Shown here: positions 1 to 12,345 of the stretch, one piece after another
How the letters are laid out: the number at the start of each line of letters is the position of its first letter
Position numbering within the stretch: the stretch's first letter is position 1
From: Octopus vulgaris
Lineage: Eukaryota
Assembly (NCBI GenBank): GCA_951406725.2
Contig: OX597822.1
Coordinates: 24,428,001-24,492,000 of the forward strand
Direction of reading: 5' to 3'
Length of the DNA: 64,000 nt
The notes under the pieces: generated by a model
Seen by the model: the letters and a program-made list of their open reading frames with translations, nothing else
Told to the model about the DNA's origin: nothing
Database searches by the model: none
Translations under genes and position numbers: made by a program

Positions 1-158
1 CCAGTACACTCTGTAAAGTGGTTGGCATTAGGATGGGCATACAGCCATAGAAACTTGGCCAAATCAGACATGGAGCCCGAACAACCCTTCCTTCAGCTGG
101 TCAGCTCCTGTCAAACTGTCCAACCCATGCCAGCATAGAAAACAGATGTGAAATGATG

Positions 159-191
<33 letters not shown>

Positions 192-404
192 CCTCTTAGC
201 ATCCCTGATCTCAATCACCCGGAATCGTTGCCCACTCTGGCTTCTATTCTCCCTCATTTACAGGGGCCACTTTTGCCAGCTTGCTGCCTTTGGCTTCAAA
301 TTCTTGGCACAAGGCTAGCAGTTTTAAGAGAGGGCATAAGTCAGATCAACCCAGTATGCAACTGGTACTTATTTTATCAACCCTGAAGGGATGAAAGGAC
401 TCTA

Positions 405-688
405 GTATTACACAACCAACAGAGTATGCTCATTTCATTTCTTTCTAATCTTCAGGAATCCTCTGCATTCAAGACCCATATCATTTTACTATGCAACATC
501 ATACTCAGCACCTTTGCATCACACAATCTGCCCTTTACTCTCAAGGACAAGACCTTTGTTGCCAGCAGAGATAATAGCTGCCTACACTTTTTCTGGTTAC
601 TATGCTTTCTGAGCAGTCACTTCACCTGTTAATTAACTCTTCTCAGAAACAGAAACTATCAGTTACTTTAAGAGAGCATCTTGGGTAT
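405..688 (-). mobile_element. RTE-clade LINE ORF2 fragment (post-RT region), decayed
   Basis: Minus-strand translation gives LKVTDSFCF...RKKCRQLLSLLATKVLSLRVKGRLCDAKVLSMMLHSKMIWVLNAEDS*RLERNEMSILW. This resembles the RTE pattern WKKFRELLPLL...KGRLY...MLHGSETW...LERNEM. Confidence 0.7.
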
Positions 689-746
<58 letters not shown>

Positions 747-767
747 AGCTATATTGCATGTGCTGAA

Positions 768-999
768 GGCAGCGAGCTGGCAGAAACGTTAGCACGCTGG
801 GCAAAATGCTTTGCAGTATTTCATCTGCCATTACGTTCTGAGTTCAAATTCAGGCGAGGTCGACTTTGCCTTTCATCCTTTCGGGGGTCGATAAATTAAG
901 TACCAGTTTCACATTGGGGTCGATGTAATCGGCTTCATCCCTTTGTCTGTTCTTGTTTGTCCCCTCTATGTTTAGCCCCTTGTGGGCAGTAAAGAAATA
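768..999 (+). mobile_element. tRNA-derived SINE family A (MetaSINE-like central domain)
   Basis: Head GGCAGCGAGCTGGCAGAAACGTTAGC...GAGTTCAAATT, core GCCTTTCATCCTTTCGGGGTCGATAAATTAAGTACC, tail AAAGAAATA. TSD TTGCATGTGCTG on both sides. Many other copies: 4770-4922, 7485-7915, 12470-12960, 21155-21360, 23985-24218, 25830-26030, 28940-30030, 38730-38925, 41448-41710, 61720-61930, 62760-62970. Confidence 0.9.
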
Positions 1000-1804
1000 T
1001 ATTTGCATGTGCTGTTAGTAACTTACAGCCCACCCCTCTGCACCTGCAGTTTATGGAGTCTAACTTCTTTTTTAGAGTGCCTGTGATCCCACTACGACTC
1101 TTGTGCAGGGTCCTGTTTTCTCTCTTACATTCTAATACTTGTGTGTGTGTCTATGTGTATAGGAGTGTGCGGACCCCCCCCCCACACACACACACATCCG
1201 CACAGACATATATACACACACATTTGCATATATACATATATAGACTTATATATTCAAACACATACATACATTCACACACACATACATACACAAATGTAAG
1301 AACATATATATATGCACACATATGCATACATATATACATCACACACAGCCCACCCACTTACCATTTCTCCATCCTACTTTCCCATGACCTCTGTAATAAT
1401 TATTTCTTCAATATACCTCTCTTCCATACCCTTCCAAATCCTCTTTCTCTCCAAGATTACTTGGCTCTCAAGTTTTCGCCCACCTATATCTCTTCCTTTT
1501 TCTCTCTATCTTTTGACCTTTTACATCATTCCCATCATAATCTCCATAATGATAGGGGTGAGAGTGGCCACATGGATAAGACATGGGATGATGGGTGCTT
1601 GGTTAGCTTTACCCATTAGATCTTGAGTTCAAATCTACAGCTGGCATTTATATCATTTCAAGAGAGAAAAAAAGAAATAGGACAGAGGCATGGCTGTGTG
1701 GATGAGAAGTTTACTTCACTACCATGTGGTCCCAGGTTTGGTCCCACTGCACAGTACCTTCAGGAAATGTCTTCAAGTGTAGTCTTAGGTTGAACAATAT
1801 ATTC

Positions 1805-2245
1805 TTTTATTCTTTTACTTGTTTCAGTCATTTGACTGTGGCCATGCTGGAGCACTGCCTCAAAGGGTTTTAGCCGAACAAATTGACCCCAGGACTTATT
1901 TTTTCGTTAAGTCTATTACTTAAATCTATCAGTCTCTTTTGCTGAATTGCTAAGTTACAGGGATGTAAACACACACGAACACTGGTTGTCAAGTGGTGAT
2001 AGTGGGTGAGTGGGAGTGTGGAGTGGGGGAGTGGAGAAACACAGACACGAAGGCGCGCACACACATATATCATCATCATCGTCGTCATATATATATATGA
2101 CAGGCTTCTTTCAGTTTCTGTCTACCAAATCCACTCACAAAGCTCTGGTTAGTCTGAGACTATAGTAGAAGACACTTGCCCAAGATGCCATGCAGTGGGA
2201 CTGAACCCGGAACCATGTGGTTGGTAAGCAAGCTTCTTACCACAA
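1805..2245 (-). mobile_element. tRNA-derived SINE family B (CORE-like segment, internal TA/TG microsatellite)
   Basis: Shares the family-B body (CCTTGGGCAAGTGTCTTCTACTATAG consensus) and the tail CAGCATGGCCACAGTCAAATGACTGAAACAAGTAAAAGA with about 20 copies, e.g. 6055-6470, 18590-18990, 20195-20600, 26600-27090, 42437-42750, 49490-49880. Confidence 0.85.
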
Positions 2246-2385
2246 ATTGAAATTTAGGAAATAGAATCCACAGAAACTCATCGTGTATATGCATGTGCAT
2301 GCATAGATACATGCACCCTACACCCTTGATTACAGACTGATTCAAACAACACTTGGCCCTTAAAATTACTCTAAATTTACTGTAC

Positions 2386-2406
2386 CTTCTCTTATTGGTC
2401 ATTGTC
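2386..2406 (-). CDS. candidate 21-nt micro-exon of minus-strand gene ([A]TMTNKR.)
   Basis: Acceptor tattgtttctgtttcag|GACAATGACCAATAAGAGAAG|gtacag donor. Phase 2-2, in frame with the exon at 2863-3040. Confidence 0.45.
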
Positions 2407-2862
2407 CTGAAACAGAAACAATACTCTGTCCCTTTACTTCAATTTGGTTGTGGTTTAGTCCTGTCAGGTCACCCTCATTGAGCAGACCCATAATCAAAGG
2501 TATACCAGTTGTGACATGACCAACCTGTCTTCTTTTTTAGAGGTGTATAAAACTAAATTATCCAATATATCTTTTCTTTCTTTTCTGAAAGCCTGTAGGT
2601 TGTGATTGGAGGATTTGGGTAGCTATTTCTAGCATATCAAGTGATTAACATAGTGACTTCTTTGTTGGCTCAACTTCTGCTTACTGTAGTCATTACCATA
2701 TCCATTTCTCTCATTTCCTCTCTCACACCACTGCTAGAAGCACCACCACCACCATCATCATCACAACTGCAACCTCTACTGCCATCAACACTGACACAAC
2801 CATGACCACCACCACCACACTAACATAAATTTTCAGCTCTCTTATCTCTGATTCAGATTTAC

Positions 2863-3040
2863 GCCCTTGCAGGCCACCATTTGATTAATAGTGCCAATAG
2901 TGACCTCCTGACTGGTAACCTCTCAGATAAGCCGAACAGCCGGCCAGATTTAGAGGAATCATAGTCTACATCAGAGAAGATGAAGCTGCAGTCTTGAGCC
3001 CACAATACAGCACAGTCTTCAGAAGGGCAAGTGCAAACCT
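2863..3040 (-). CDS. candidate 178-nt coding exon, unknown protein (VCTCPSEDCAVLWAQDCSFIFSDVDYDSSKSGRLFGLSERLPVRRSLLALLIKWWPAR)
   Basis: Non-repetitive island with acceptor catctttcag| and donor GGC|gtaaat. Only one frame is open across the whole exon (phase 1 to phase 2). It is phase-compatible with exons 23635-23686 and 2386-2406. Confidence 0.6.
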
Positions 3041-3419
3041 CTGAAAGATGTACAACATTTGAGAGAGACTATTATACTGGAATGTTTCTTTTTTTATTTA
3101 ATTTTTATATGATTTTGTTTAACCCTTTAGTATTCAGATTATTGTGTCAAATTTTTCCTTTTTTTGTTTTTTTATTCTTTTAACTTGGTTCAGTTATTTG
3201 ATTGTGGCCATGCTGGAGCACCACCTTGAAAGGTTTTGGTCAAGCAAATCAAGCCAGGACTTTATAGTTTTGAAGCCTAGTACTTATTCTATTGGCCACT
3301 TTTGCTGAACTGCTAAGTTATGGGGGACATAAACATATGAACACCAGTTGTCAAGTGGTGATGAAAGGGATGAACACACATACACACACACACACATGAA
3401 CTGGAATGAATGTCAGTTA

Positions 3420-3595
3420 CACATCACTGGCTTTAGCCTCAACTGCGATTTCCCTTGGCTTGATGGTTCTTCTCAAGCACGGCCTATCACCAAAGGTTTC
3501 GGTCACTTGTCATTGCTTCTGTGAGGCCCAACATTTAAAGATCATGCTTCATCACCTCGTCCCATGTCTTCCTGGGTCTAACTCTTCCACAGTTA
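3420..3595 (-). mobile_element. RTE-clade LINE ORF2 C-terminus fragment
   Basis: Translates as CGRVRPRKTWDEVMKHDL*MLGLTEAMTSDRNLW**AVLEKNHQAK. Same family as the ORF ends at 33205 and 52180-52450. Confidence 0.75.
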
Positions 3596-3696
3596 GAGAT
3601 TGATTGGAACTTCGTCAGTATACATTTAAATATATATAACTATTGGCCAAATGATTAAAATATTGGTTTCATAGTCATGAAGATCTAGGTTCAATT

Positions 3697-3915
3697 ATTT
3701 CTTTACTGCCCACAAGGGGACAAACAAGGCCAGACAAACAGATTAAGTCGATTATATCGACACCAGTGCGTAACTGGTACTTATTTAATCGACCCTGAAA
3801 GGAAGAAAGGCAAAGTTGACCTTGGCGGAATTTGAACTCAGAACATAGCAGCAGACGAAATAAGCATTTTGCCTGGCGTGCTAACGTTTCTGCCAGCTCG
3901 CCGTGCTGTAGAATT
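3697..3915 (-). mobile_element. SINE family A with 15-bp TSD
   Basis: TSD GATCTAGGTTCAATT at 3682-3696 and 3916-3930. Confidence 0.9.
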
Positions 3916-4373
3916 GATCTAGGTTCAATTCTACAGCACAACATCTGGAGCAAATGCTTCTTGCAGAAGCCTTAGTTCAACCAAGCATTCCAAATAAATT
4001 TGAGTAAATAGAAATGGCTCAGAAGCTCTTTGAATGGCCTATATTTGTAATTCCAACAACCAGCTTCATCATACTTTATTAGGCCAATTCTCAATGACAA
4101 TTACATTGAGAATACACATGTGCATATTGTCTGTGGAATATGCAATTATTAACATGCTAATTCAATAAGTAGGCCATTCGCATTGATTGAACACTTGGAA
4201 TGTTCATTGTCAAAACTAGCAGAGAGCTATTTACATTCATATTTTTGTAGAACAGATCAAGATAAAGGCTGTCAAGAGAAGTGTGTATGTAAAAGTTCTT
4301 CAACATGATGATGTAAAAATACCGCCATGCTTAAAATAGCAGCCAAAATCTGACTCTAAAACCACATTAAATA

Positions 4374-4415
<42 letters not shown>

Positions 4416-5175
4416 TATATATATATATATACAACGGGCTTCTTTTAGTTTCCATCTACCAAATCCACTCACAAGGCTTTGGTTGGCCCGAGGCACCACA
4501 CAGTGGGAATGAACCCGGAACCACGTGGTTGGTAAGCAAGCTACTTACCACTCAGCCACTCCTGCGCCTATTGTTCAACCAATAGAATATCTATTGCAAT
4601 CACATCACACTCTTCATCTTGTCTGTTTACCTTTGTTATTAGTTACATCAATCCTTTTAAAATAATAATAATAATCTATTCTACAATAGGAATAATAATA
4701 ATAATATTGTTGTATTTAGGAATGGTCATTTTGCCAGTTTAGCCTATAAACATAATAATGCCTGAATGGCCTCAGTACGTAACTGGTATTTAATTTATTG
4801 ACCACAAAAGGATGAAAAGCAAAGCTGACCTCAGTGGAATTTGAACTCAAAATGTAAAGATGGACGATATGCCACTCAGCATTTTGCCCGGCATGCTAAC
4901 GATTCTGCCAACTCACTGCCTTCATAATAATAACAATGATCTGATTATATGTATTTCTTCGTATCAATTGCCTTTATTTCTTGTTCACACACCGAAATAT
5001 TTATATTTATATGAAGTTCAGGTTTCACTCACACATACCTACCTTAATCACAAATACATATATAAAAGACTCTTTGTGTGTATGAATAGATGTGAAACAA
5101 ATATCATTTTTAAAAAGTTCATATGAAATGTGTACAAAACACCGGATACTGTCACCTGATTTACAATATACAAAC

Positions 5176-5578
5176 ATACATATGCATATATGGGTACAGG
5201 ATATCAAATGTTGAATACAATGAGAAATGAAAACATAAAAACAAAAACATAGAAACAAACATTTTTTCGAACAAAAAAAAAAACAAACAAACAGAGAAAC
5301 GAGACATACAACATAAAAATATTCTCCTTCTTCAGTTGTCGCTGTTTCATCTACTCCACATTTCGAAGGTATTGTCCTTACCTTCAAAACATGAAGTAGA
5401 TGAAACAGAGACAACTGAAGATGGGGAATATTCTTTATGTTGTATGTCTCGTTTCTCTGTTTGTTTGTTTTTTTTTTTGTTCGAAAAAATGTTTGTTTCT
5501 ATGTTTTTGTTTTTATGCTTTTGTTTCTCATTGTGTTCAATGTTTTTTTGATGCCCTGTACCCATATATGCATGTATA
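5176..5578. mobile_element. palindromic (fold-back) PLE-like non-coding element, about 195-bp arms, with permuted HHR motif at centre
   Basis: Arms are imperfect reverse complements meeting at about 5371. Each arm carries CCTTC-(G)AAA...GACAA-CTGAAGA. Flanked by TA-rich microsatellite. Confidence 0.75.
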
Positions 5579-5644
5579 TATATATATATATACATATATT
5601 TGTAGGTATGTACATATATGTATGTATATATGCATATATTTGCG

Positions 5645-5968
5645 TCACCTTACTGCACTTGTGCTGGTGGCACATGAAAAAACCATGCGAGCGAGGTTGT
5701 TGCCAGTGCCGCTAGACTGGCTCCTGTGCAGGTGGCACATAAAAAGCACCATTTGAGCGTGGCCGCTGCCAGTACCGTCTGACTGGCCCTCGTGCTGGTG
5801 GCACGTAAAAGCACGGAGTAGTTGGCATTAGGAAGGGCATCCAGCAGTAGAAACTCTGCCAGATCAAGATTGGAGCCTGGTGCAGCCATCTGGTTTGCCA
5901 GACCTCAGTCAAATCGTCCAACCCATGCTAGCATGGAAAGCAGATGTTAAACGATGATGATGATGATT
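5645..5968 (+). mobile_element. RTE-LINE 3' UTR fragment (family C), (GAT)n tail
   Basis: GTGGCACGTAAAAGCAC...GGCATTAGGAAGGGCATCCAGC...AACCCATGCTAGCATGGAAAGC..GTTAAACGATGATG. Other copies: 1-160, 12980-13225, 19220-19586, 22975-23530, 24610-24875, 28725-28940, 34288-34552, 40060-40350, 52643-52855, 55763-55881, 63245-63608. Confidence 0.8.
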
Positions 5969-6191
5969 ATTATATGATCAAATGCCATGCATCTTTTTCC
6001 AAGTAAGTTTTATCTATCTATATATATATATATATGTATATATTAGTGTGTGTGTGCATGTGTGGTAAGGATTTTGTTTCCCAACCACATGGTTCCAGAT
6101 GCAGTCCCACTGCATGATACCTCTACTATAGCTTTGAGATGACCAAAGCCTTGTGAATAGATTTGGTAGACAGAAACTGAAAGAAGCCTTT

Positions 6192-6266
<75 letters not shown>

Positions 6267-6499
6267 CTGTGTTTGTCCTTCACAACTGATATTGGTTTAT
6301 GTTCCCATAACTTAGTGGCCTGGCAAAAGAGACTGACAAAATAAGTACCAGGCTTCAAAAAAAAAAAGAAAGAAAAAAAGCAAAAGTACTGGAGTCGATT
6401 CGTTCAACTAAAATCCTTCAGGGTGGTGCCCCAGCAAGGCCACAGTCTAAAGACTGAAAAAGATAAAAGATATGTGTGTGTGTGTGTGTGTGTTGCATA

Positions 6500-6540
<41 letters not shown>

Positions 6541-6545
<5 letters not shown>

Positions 6546-6780
6546 TGGCCAAAAGTCACCTGACAGTAAATCAAAACTCCAGAAATACAATCTGTATTGA
6601 TTAATACTATTTGTATTGACTCGAATGTAAAAATGTGTCGCTCAAGAAGGACTTCAGTTTGAACAATTTTTATGATGTTTCCTATTTAGATGCTTTTATT
6701 AAATTCATTCAGTTGTTAAACATAAATAAATCTTGGAATTAAATGGTTTTGATTTACTGTCAGGTGACTTTTGACCGATT
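6541..6780. mobile_element. Tc1/mariner-type MITE
   Basis: About 33-bp TIRs TTGGCCAAAAGTCACCTGACAGTAAATCAAAAC (6545-6577) / GTTTTGATTTACTGTCAGGTGACTTTTGACCGA (6746-6778), inserted next to (TA)n. Confidence 0.75.
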
Positions 6781-7913
6781 TTTTTAAATATGCTAGGCCA
6801 CTGGTTTTAATTGATTAATATCAATTTCTACCCTTATTTAATTTTTTATATATATATATAAATATATATATATATGTATGTATGTATGTATGTATCTACA
6901 TAAACAAAAAGTAAGACATACATAAAGAGTTAATTGTTCAATAGAGCTAAGTATCATAGAAATAAGTCAACAGAAGATAAATATGAATAAACAATGAGAA
7001 ATGGGCACTTTTTGTGCTTTAGATTTTAATCGCCCATCAGTCGTACAGTTTTGGCAATGTTTCAACATGTTTGAACTTTAGTCAATGTTGAAAATTCGAT
7101 TTTCTTAAAAACCAAGCTGGATTGATTACTTTTAATATTCTAGCGCTAATTTTTCAAAATAATCTTGTATTCTTTTACCAAATCTGCCATCCACCTGCTG
7201 TTTGAAAAACACTGAACATTCTACTTTTTTAAAAAATGAATATTAATTGAAAAACAGCAGTTTCATTGTGGAAGAATTATTTCAGCTGTTTAAGAATAAA
7301 CAAAAGCTGGTATTATATTCAACTTGAATTTATTTAAGATGTCAGTATTAAATTGCTCATCTATGACCTAGTCGCTGATAAAGTTCCACTGCAACTGTTT
7401 TAAAAATTGATTACTGGCAAGTTTTTATTTTACATTCTTTCTACATCTTTTTTTGTAGTTGTTGTTATTATTATTATCATCATAAAGGTGGAGAGATGGC
7501 AGAATTGTTAGCACACTAGGTGAAATGCTTAGTAGTATTTCATCAATAGTATTCTGAGTCCAAATTCTGTCAATAAATTAAGTAGCAATTGAGCACTGGG
7601 ATTGATGTGATCGACTGTCCCCCTCGCCAGAAAATCCAGGCCTTGTGCCTATAGTAGAAAGGATTATTATTAATATCATTATTATTATTATTATTATAAG
7701 GCAGTGAGCTGGCAGAATTTTTAGCACACTGGGCAAAATGCTTAGCAGCATTTCGTCTGTCTTTACATTCTGGGTTCAGATTCTGCTGGGGTCGACTTTG
7801 CCTTTCATTCTTTCAGGGTCATTAAATTAAGTAGCAGTGAAACATTAGGGTGGGGGGATGTTGACTAGTCCCCTCCTCCCAAATTTTCAGACCTTGTACC
7901 TTTGGAAGAAAGG

Positions 7914-7950
<37 letters not shown>

Positions 7951-7951
<1 letters not shown>

Positions 7952-8247
7952 TAGCACTATGACACGGCTTTGTCGGGTCTAGTGCTTGTCAAGTATATTT
8001 GGTCTTTCATGAAAATCCCGCTCTCTTGTCAGTGACATGGTCAAACTTGTTAATTATTCCCTACATTTCTCAATCAAAAAAGCGTGCACGTTTGGAAGCC
8101 AAAACACATGATAATGCGTTTTCGCAAAACACAAAAATGCGCAGAGTCATACAGACTGTCTGCAATGCGCATGCGCATCCAACTGTCAGGTGTAAAATTA
8201 TCTCCATCCAATCAAAAAACAGACATTTTGCCATTTATAGATATAGA
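7951..8247 (-). mobile_element. non-autonomous Helitron-like element
   Basis: Minus strand begins TCTATATCTATAAATGGC and ends ...GTGCTAG. Subterminal GC-rich hairpin at 7961-7979; no TSD. Confidence 0.65.
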
Positions 8248-8484
8248 GACACTTTATTTCATGTTGCTCCAGTCCACTCAGCTGGCAAAAATGTGTAGTA
8301 CCTGTATTTCAAAAAAGGGCCAGCCTTGTCACACTCTGTGTCACACTGAATCTCCTTGCGAACTATGTTAAGGGTACACATGTCTGTGGAATGCTCAGCC
8401 ACTTGCATGTTAATTTCACGAGCAAGCTGTTCCATTGATCGTATCAGCTGGAACCCTCGTTGTCGTAACCGATGGCGTGCTCCT
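8248..8484 (+). mobile_element. SINE family D, 5'-truncated
   Basis: Matches the body and tail of the full copy at 32418-32750. Confidence 0.8.
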
Positions 8485-8511
8485 ATGTGTGCATGCGTAT
8501 GTGTGTCTGTG

Positions 8512-8845
8512 TTCTACAACGGCACTTAAAGTGGTTTGGTCATGCGGCCTGGTGTCCAGAGAGTGAACTGATTCGCAATGTCCTCCTCCCACCTTCACTT
8601 CCCAACTGGTGCAAATGCACGGGTGGGCAGCTGAAGACCTGGGCAACGACAATAAAGGAGGACCTCTCTGAACTCTCAGGTCCACAGGTGGTCGGTCTGT
8701 GCAGATGGAACCGCGAATGGCTTGCTATCTCCAGTGACCTTGCACAGGACCGTCGAGCGTGGGCTACCATGGTTCGTGATGCCATCAGGACCAGAGAAGA
8801 AGCCGGCTCAACCCGCCCTGGGTGAACACCGTCACAAGTACAAGT
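8512..8845 (+). mobile_element. RTE-clade LINE 3' end (second RTE family)
   Basis: ORF end LKWFGHAA...GGQLKTWATTIKEDL...LAQDRRAWATMVRDAI...STRPG*, followed by a short ACAAGT repeat tail. Confidence 0.8.
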
Positions 8846-9557
8846 TAGTGTGTGTGTAGGTATGTGTGTAAGTGGGTATATATGTAGGTATATGCGTAGG
8901 TGTCTGTGTGTGTTTGAAATATCTGCCAGTATTAATCTTCGACAAGTGTAGTGTGACTGTGTCAATGATCAGATTGTAGAAGCGTGATGAAAATATTATT
9001 AACAAAAGAAATGAAAGAAAGATGAACGTAATAGACATTTTCTTGTTCTTTAATAGTTTCAAATTGTCGTATCATGATATAATTACTTGCCTCAAGTCAA
9101 GTTACTTGCCAAACAAGTACAACTCCAAAATTAACTGAAATAATTTTCTATTTGTGTAGTAAACATACTTAAGACTTTAATGTCTAAACGTCTGAGATGC
9201 CAAGAGAACGATGACGATGACGAAGGCAATGATGACGAACCTTGCCATTAAGAATGAGAATTCTATTTCAGTATTTACATTTACATAGCATTTTGATTGT
9301 ATTTTTATGGAAGTATGGAAACAAAAGACAAAGCGTATATCTGACGCAAATGTTTGTTCAGAACTATCATGTAATACCAAGACAAAGAAGCAAACACCCA
9401 TGTGTATTTGTGTGTATGTGTGCTTGTGGCTGTGTGGTAGGTAAGAAGCTTGCTTCCCAACCACAAGGTTCCAGGTTCAGACCCACTGTATAGCACCATG
9501 GGATGACCAAAGCCTTGTGAGTGGATCTGAGAGATGGAAACTGAAAGAAGCCCATAT

Positions 9558-9604
<47 letters not shown>

Positions 9605-9772
9605 GTACAAAGTAAGATAGGGGTAATGGGTAGGTTCTCATTTTGTTAAATGAATAAATAATCTAACATTATAATATCCGAAAGTTGATGAACAAACTAA
9701 ATTTGTTTCTCCATTTTCTGATTTGTATTTATATATATATATATATATTACATACACACACACACACACATA

Positions 9773-10654
9773 CAGGGTGTGATGGGTAAATTGTCACTAT
9801 ATTATATTTTAAATTTTGTGCATGTGCATTGTTTGCTTTTGATTTTGTCAACTACACAGTATGGTAGGGTCAGTTGGGCACCATCTGTGAGAAAAACAGC
9901 ACCATGATACGATTCAGTCTGAAAGAAATTTGGAAACAACATGCTGTACTGCATGGCATTTGCACTGGAAACTCCAATATAAACATTTCACAATGATTGA
10001 GTGTCAATACGAGGACAGTGCAACATGAGGACAAGAGTGATAAAAATCAAACATCCAGTCAACATCATGGTGTTTGGAGTGATCACTAGTGATGGCAATG
10101 TTATGCTTCCATTCATCTTCCCACACGGCCTCAAACTCAATACGGAGGCCTACATCAAATGCCTTGAGGAGGTAGTACTGCCCTAGGTCAAGAGGGTGGC
10201 TGCTGGAAGACCCTGTCTGGTAACAAAACTCTGCACCATGCCACACAAGCAGGAGGACACAGTCATGGCTGTCAGACAATTTCTGCGATCACATCACCCC
10301 TAACATCTGGCTGCCTAACTCCCCAGACTGCAAACCCCTTGATTATTATGTGTGGGGTGCAGTTGAGCAAGAAACTAAGAAAACTCCTTGTAACACCAAA
10401 GATGAACTGAAGGCAAGGATTATGACAGCATTCACCAACTTAAACAAGGAGACCATCCAGAAGAGTTGCAGGAGATTCTGAAGTCGTCTGGAGGCCATGG
10501 TTGAAGCCAATTGTGATTTTATTGAATAAATTTACTCTTTAGTATTTCAAGATATTTTTATGTAATTTTGGTAAATATATCTGTTAAAATGAAATATCAG
10601 TGATATTTTCCTTTCTGCGTAATTTAGATGACAGTTTATTCACTGCAGCCTCTG
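9773..10654 (+). mobile_element. Tc1/mariner maT-type (DD37D) internally deleted transposon
   Basis: TA TSDs and imperfect TIRs CAGGGTGTGATGGGTAAATTGTCA / TGACAGTTTATTCACTGCAGCCTCTG. Remnant ORF IMVFGVITSDG...Q(N)SAPCH...WLPNSPDCKPLDYYVWG...CDFIE* has 37 residues between the second catalytic position (D mutated to N) and the third. Confidence 0.85.
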
Positions 10655-12007
10655 TATGTGCATGTATGTGTGTGTGTGTGTGTGTGTCTTTATATCTGTG
10701 TTTGAACCCCTATCACTGCTTGATAACTGGTGCTGCTGTCGTTATGTTCCAGTAACATAGCAGTTCGGCAAAAGAGACCAACAGAATAAGTGCTAGGCTT
10801 TAAAAAAATATAAGTCCTGGGGTTGATTTGTTTGACTAAGACCCTTCAAGGCAGTGCCACAGCATGGCCACAATAAAATAACTGAAACAAGATAACAGAT
10901 AAAAGATGTGTGTGGGTGTCTGTCTGTCTGTGTGTTGACATTAGGAAGGTCATTTAGACATAGAGACCAAGCCAAATCACAGTCCTTGATGCAGCTCTTG
11001 CTTGCCAGTTCTGGTCAAACTATGCAACCCATGCCAGCATGGAAAGCAGATGTGAAAAGATGATGATGATGTGTACACACACACACACACACACACATAG
11101 GCTTCTTTCAGTTTCCACTCACAAAGTATTAGTTGTCCCAGAGTGATAGCAGAAGGCACTTGTCCAAGATGCTGCACAGTGGGACTGAAACTGAAATCAC
11201 ATGGTTGTGATGCTAACTTCTATCCCTGAACCCATATCAACACACACAAACACATCTGTAAGTAATACTGCAACACTAGGTCACTGGATCAACAACAGTA
11301 TCCTTAACATCAAATCATACATAACAGAGTTTATAATGATTAATAGTATATGCTTGTAGGTCTTTCTCTCTCTTCACTAAAAGTTTTGTGCATATTTTTG
11401 GCCTCATTTTTTTTTTTATATGTTCTATTTATGAGTCAGTATTTTTTCAACTTGGTTTTTAAAATGCCACTAGAAAGCAATTATTCCTGTAAATTTAACA
11501 TATAATCAATATAATGATTGTTTGTGTTTAGATTCAAACAGTTGATAACCTCTCTCCTGCTGTTTCATTTTCATATTCCAATAGTAAAGAGAGAGGGGAA
11601 AAAATTTTTGAATTTATCTGGCCTAATATAAAAAGCATTAATCAAAAATTTGGAAGAAGACAATTATTAAATGCTATTGGTAGAAATTTGGTGCAAGTGA
11701 ACCCAAAGACCAATAATGCAACAGGTTATAACATCAAAAACAACAGCAGCAGCACAGTTAACCCATTAAATTTCATGGTTATTCTGGTAATGATGTTAAA
11801 TATCTACAAAAATGTAGAATTAGTATTTTTTGCAAGTCATGTTGCTACAATAAATTTGATAGACCTAAACAGAAAATTCTTTCAAATATGACATTCCTTA
11901 GTAAAGGATAGACTGGTATATAAAATCAGCTTGCCGTGGTTTAGGTTAGTGAAATTTTCAGTGGATCTATCTGATTACTGGCAGAAATATAGTACAAGTA
12001 AATCTGC

Positions 12008-12345
12008 TGTATCTACTATATAATGTGTCTGCAACACGATGTGTCTGCAACACGATGTGTCTGCAACATGATGTGTCTGCAACATGGTGGGTCTACAACA
12101 TGGTGGGTCTACTACATGATGTGTCTACAACATGATGTGTCTACAACATGATGTGTCTACAACATGATGTGTCTACAACATGATGTGTCTACTACATGAT
12201 GTGTCTACTACATGATGTGTCTACTACATGATGTGTCTACTACATGATGTGTCTACTACATGAGGTGTCTACTACATGTGTCTACAACATGATGTGTCTA
12301 CAACATGTGTCTAGTACATAATCTGTCTACTACATAATGTGTCTA
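12008..12345. repeat. 16-bp minisatellite (TGTGTCTRCWACATGA), about 20 units
   Basis: Direct tandem units with blocks of shared variants. Confidence 0.9.

Noticed and set aside
12008-12345. CRISPR-like array
   Set aside because: Contiguous 16-bp units with no unique spacers, in eukaryotic context and without cas genes.
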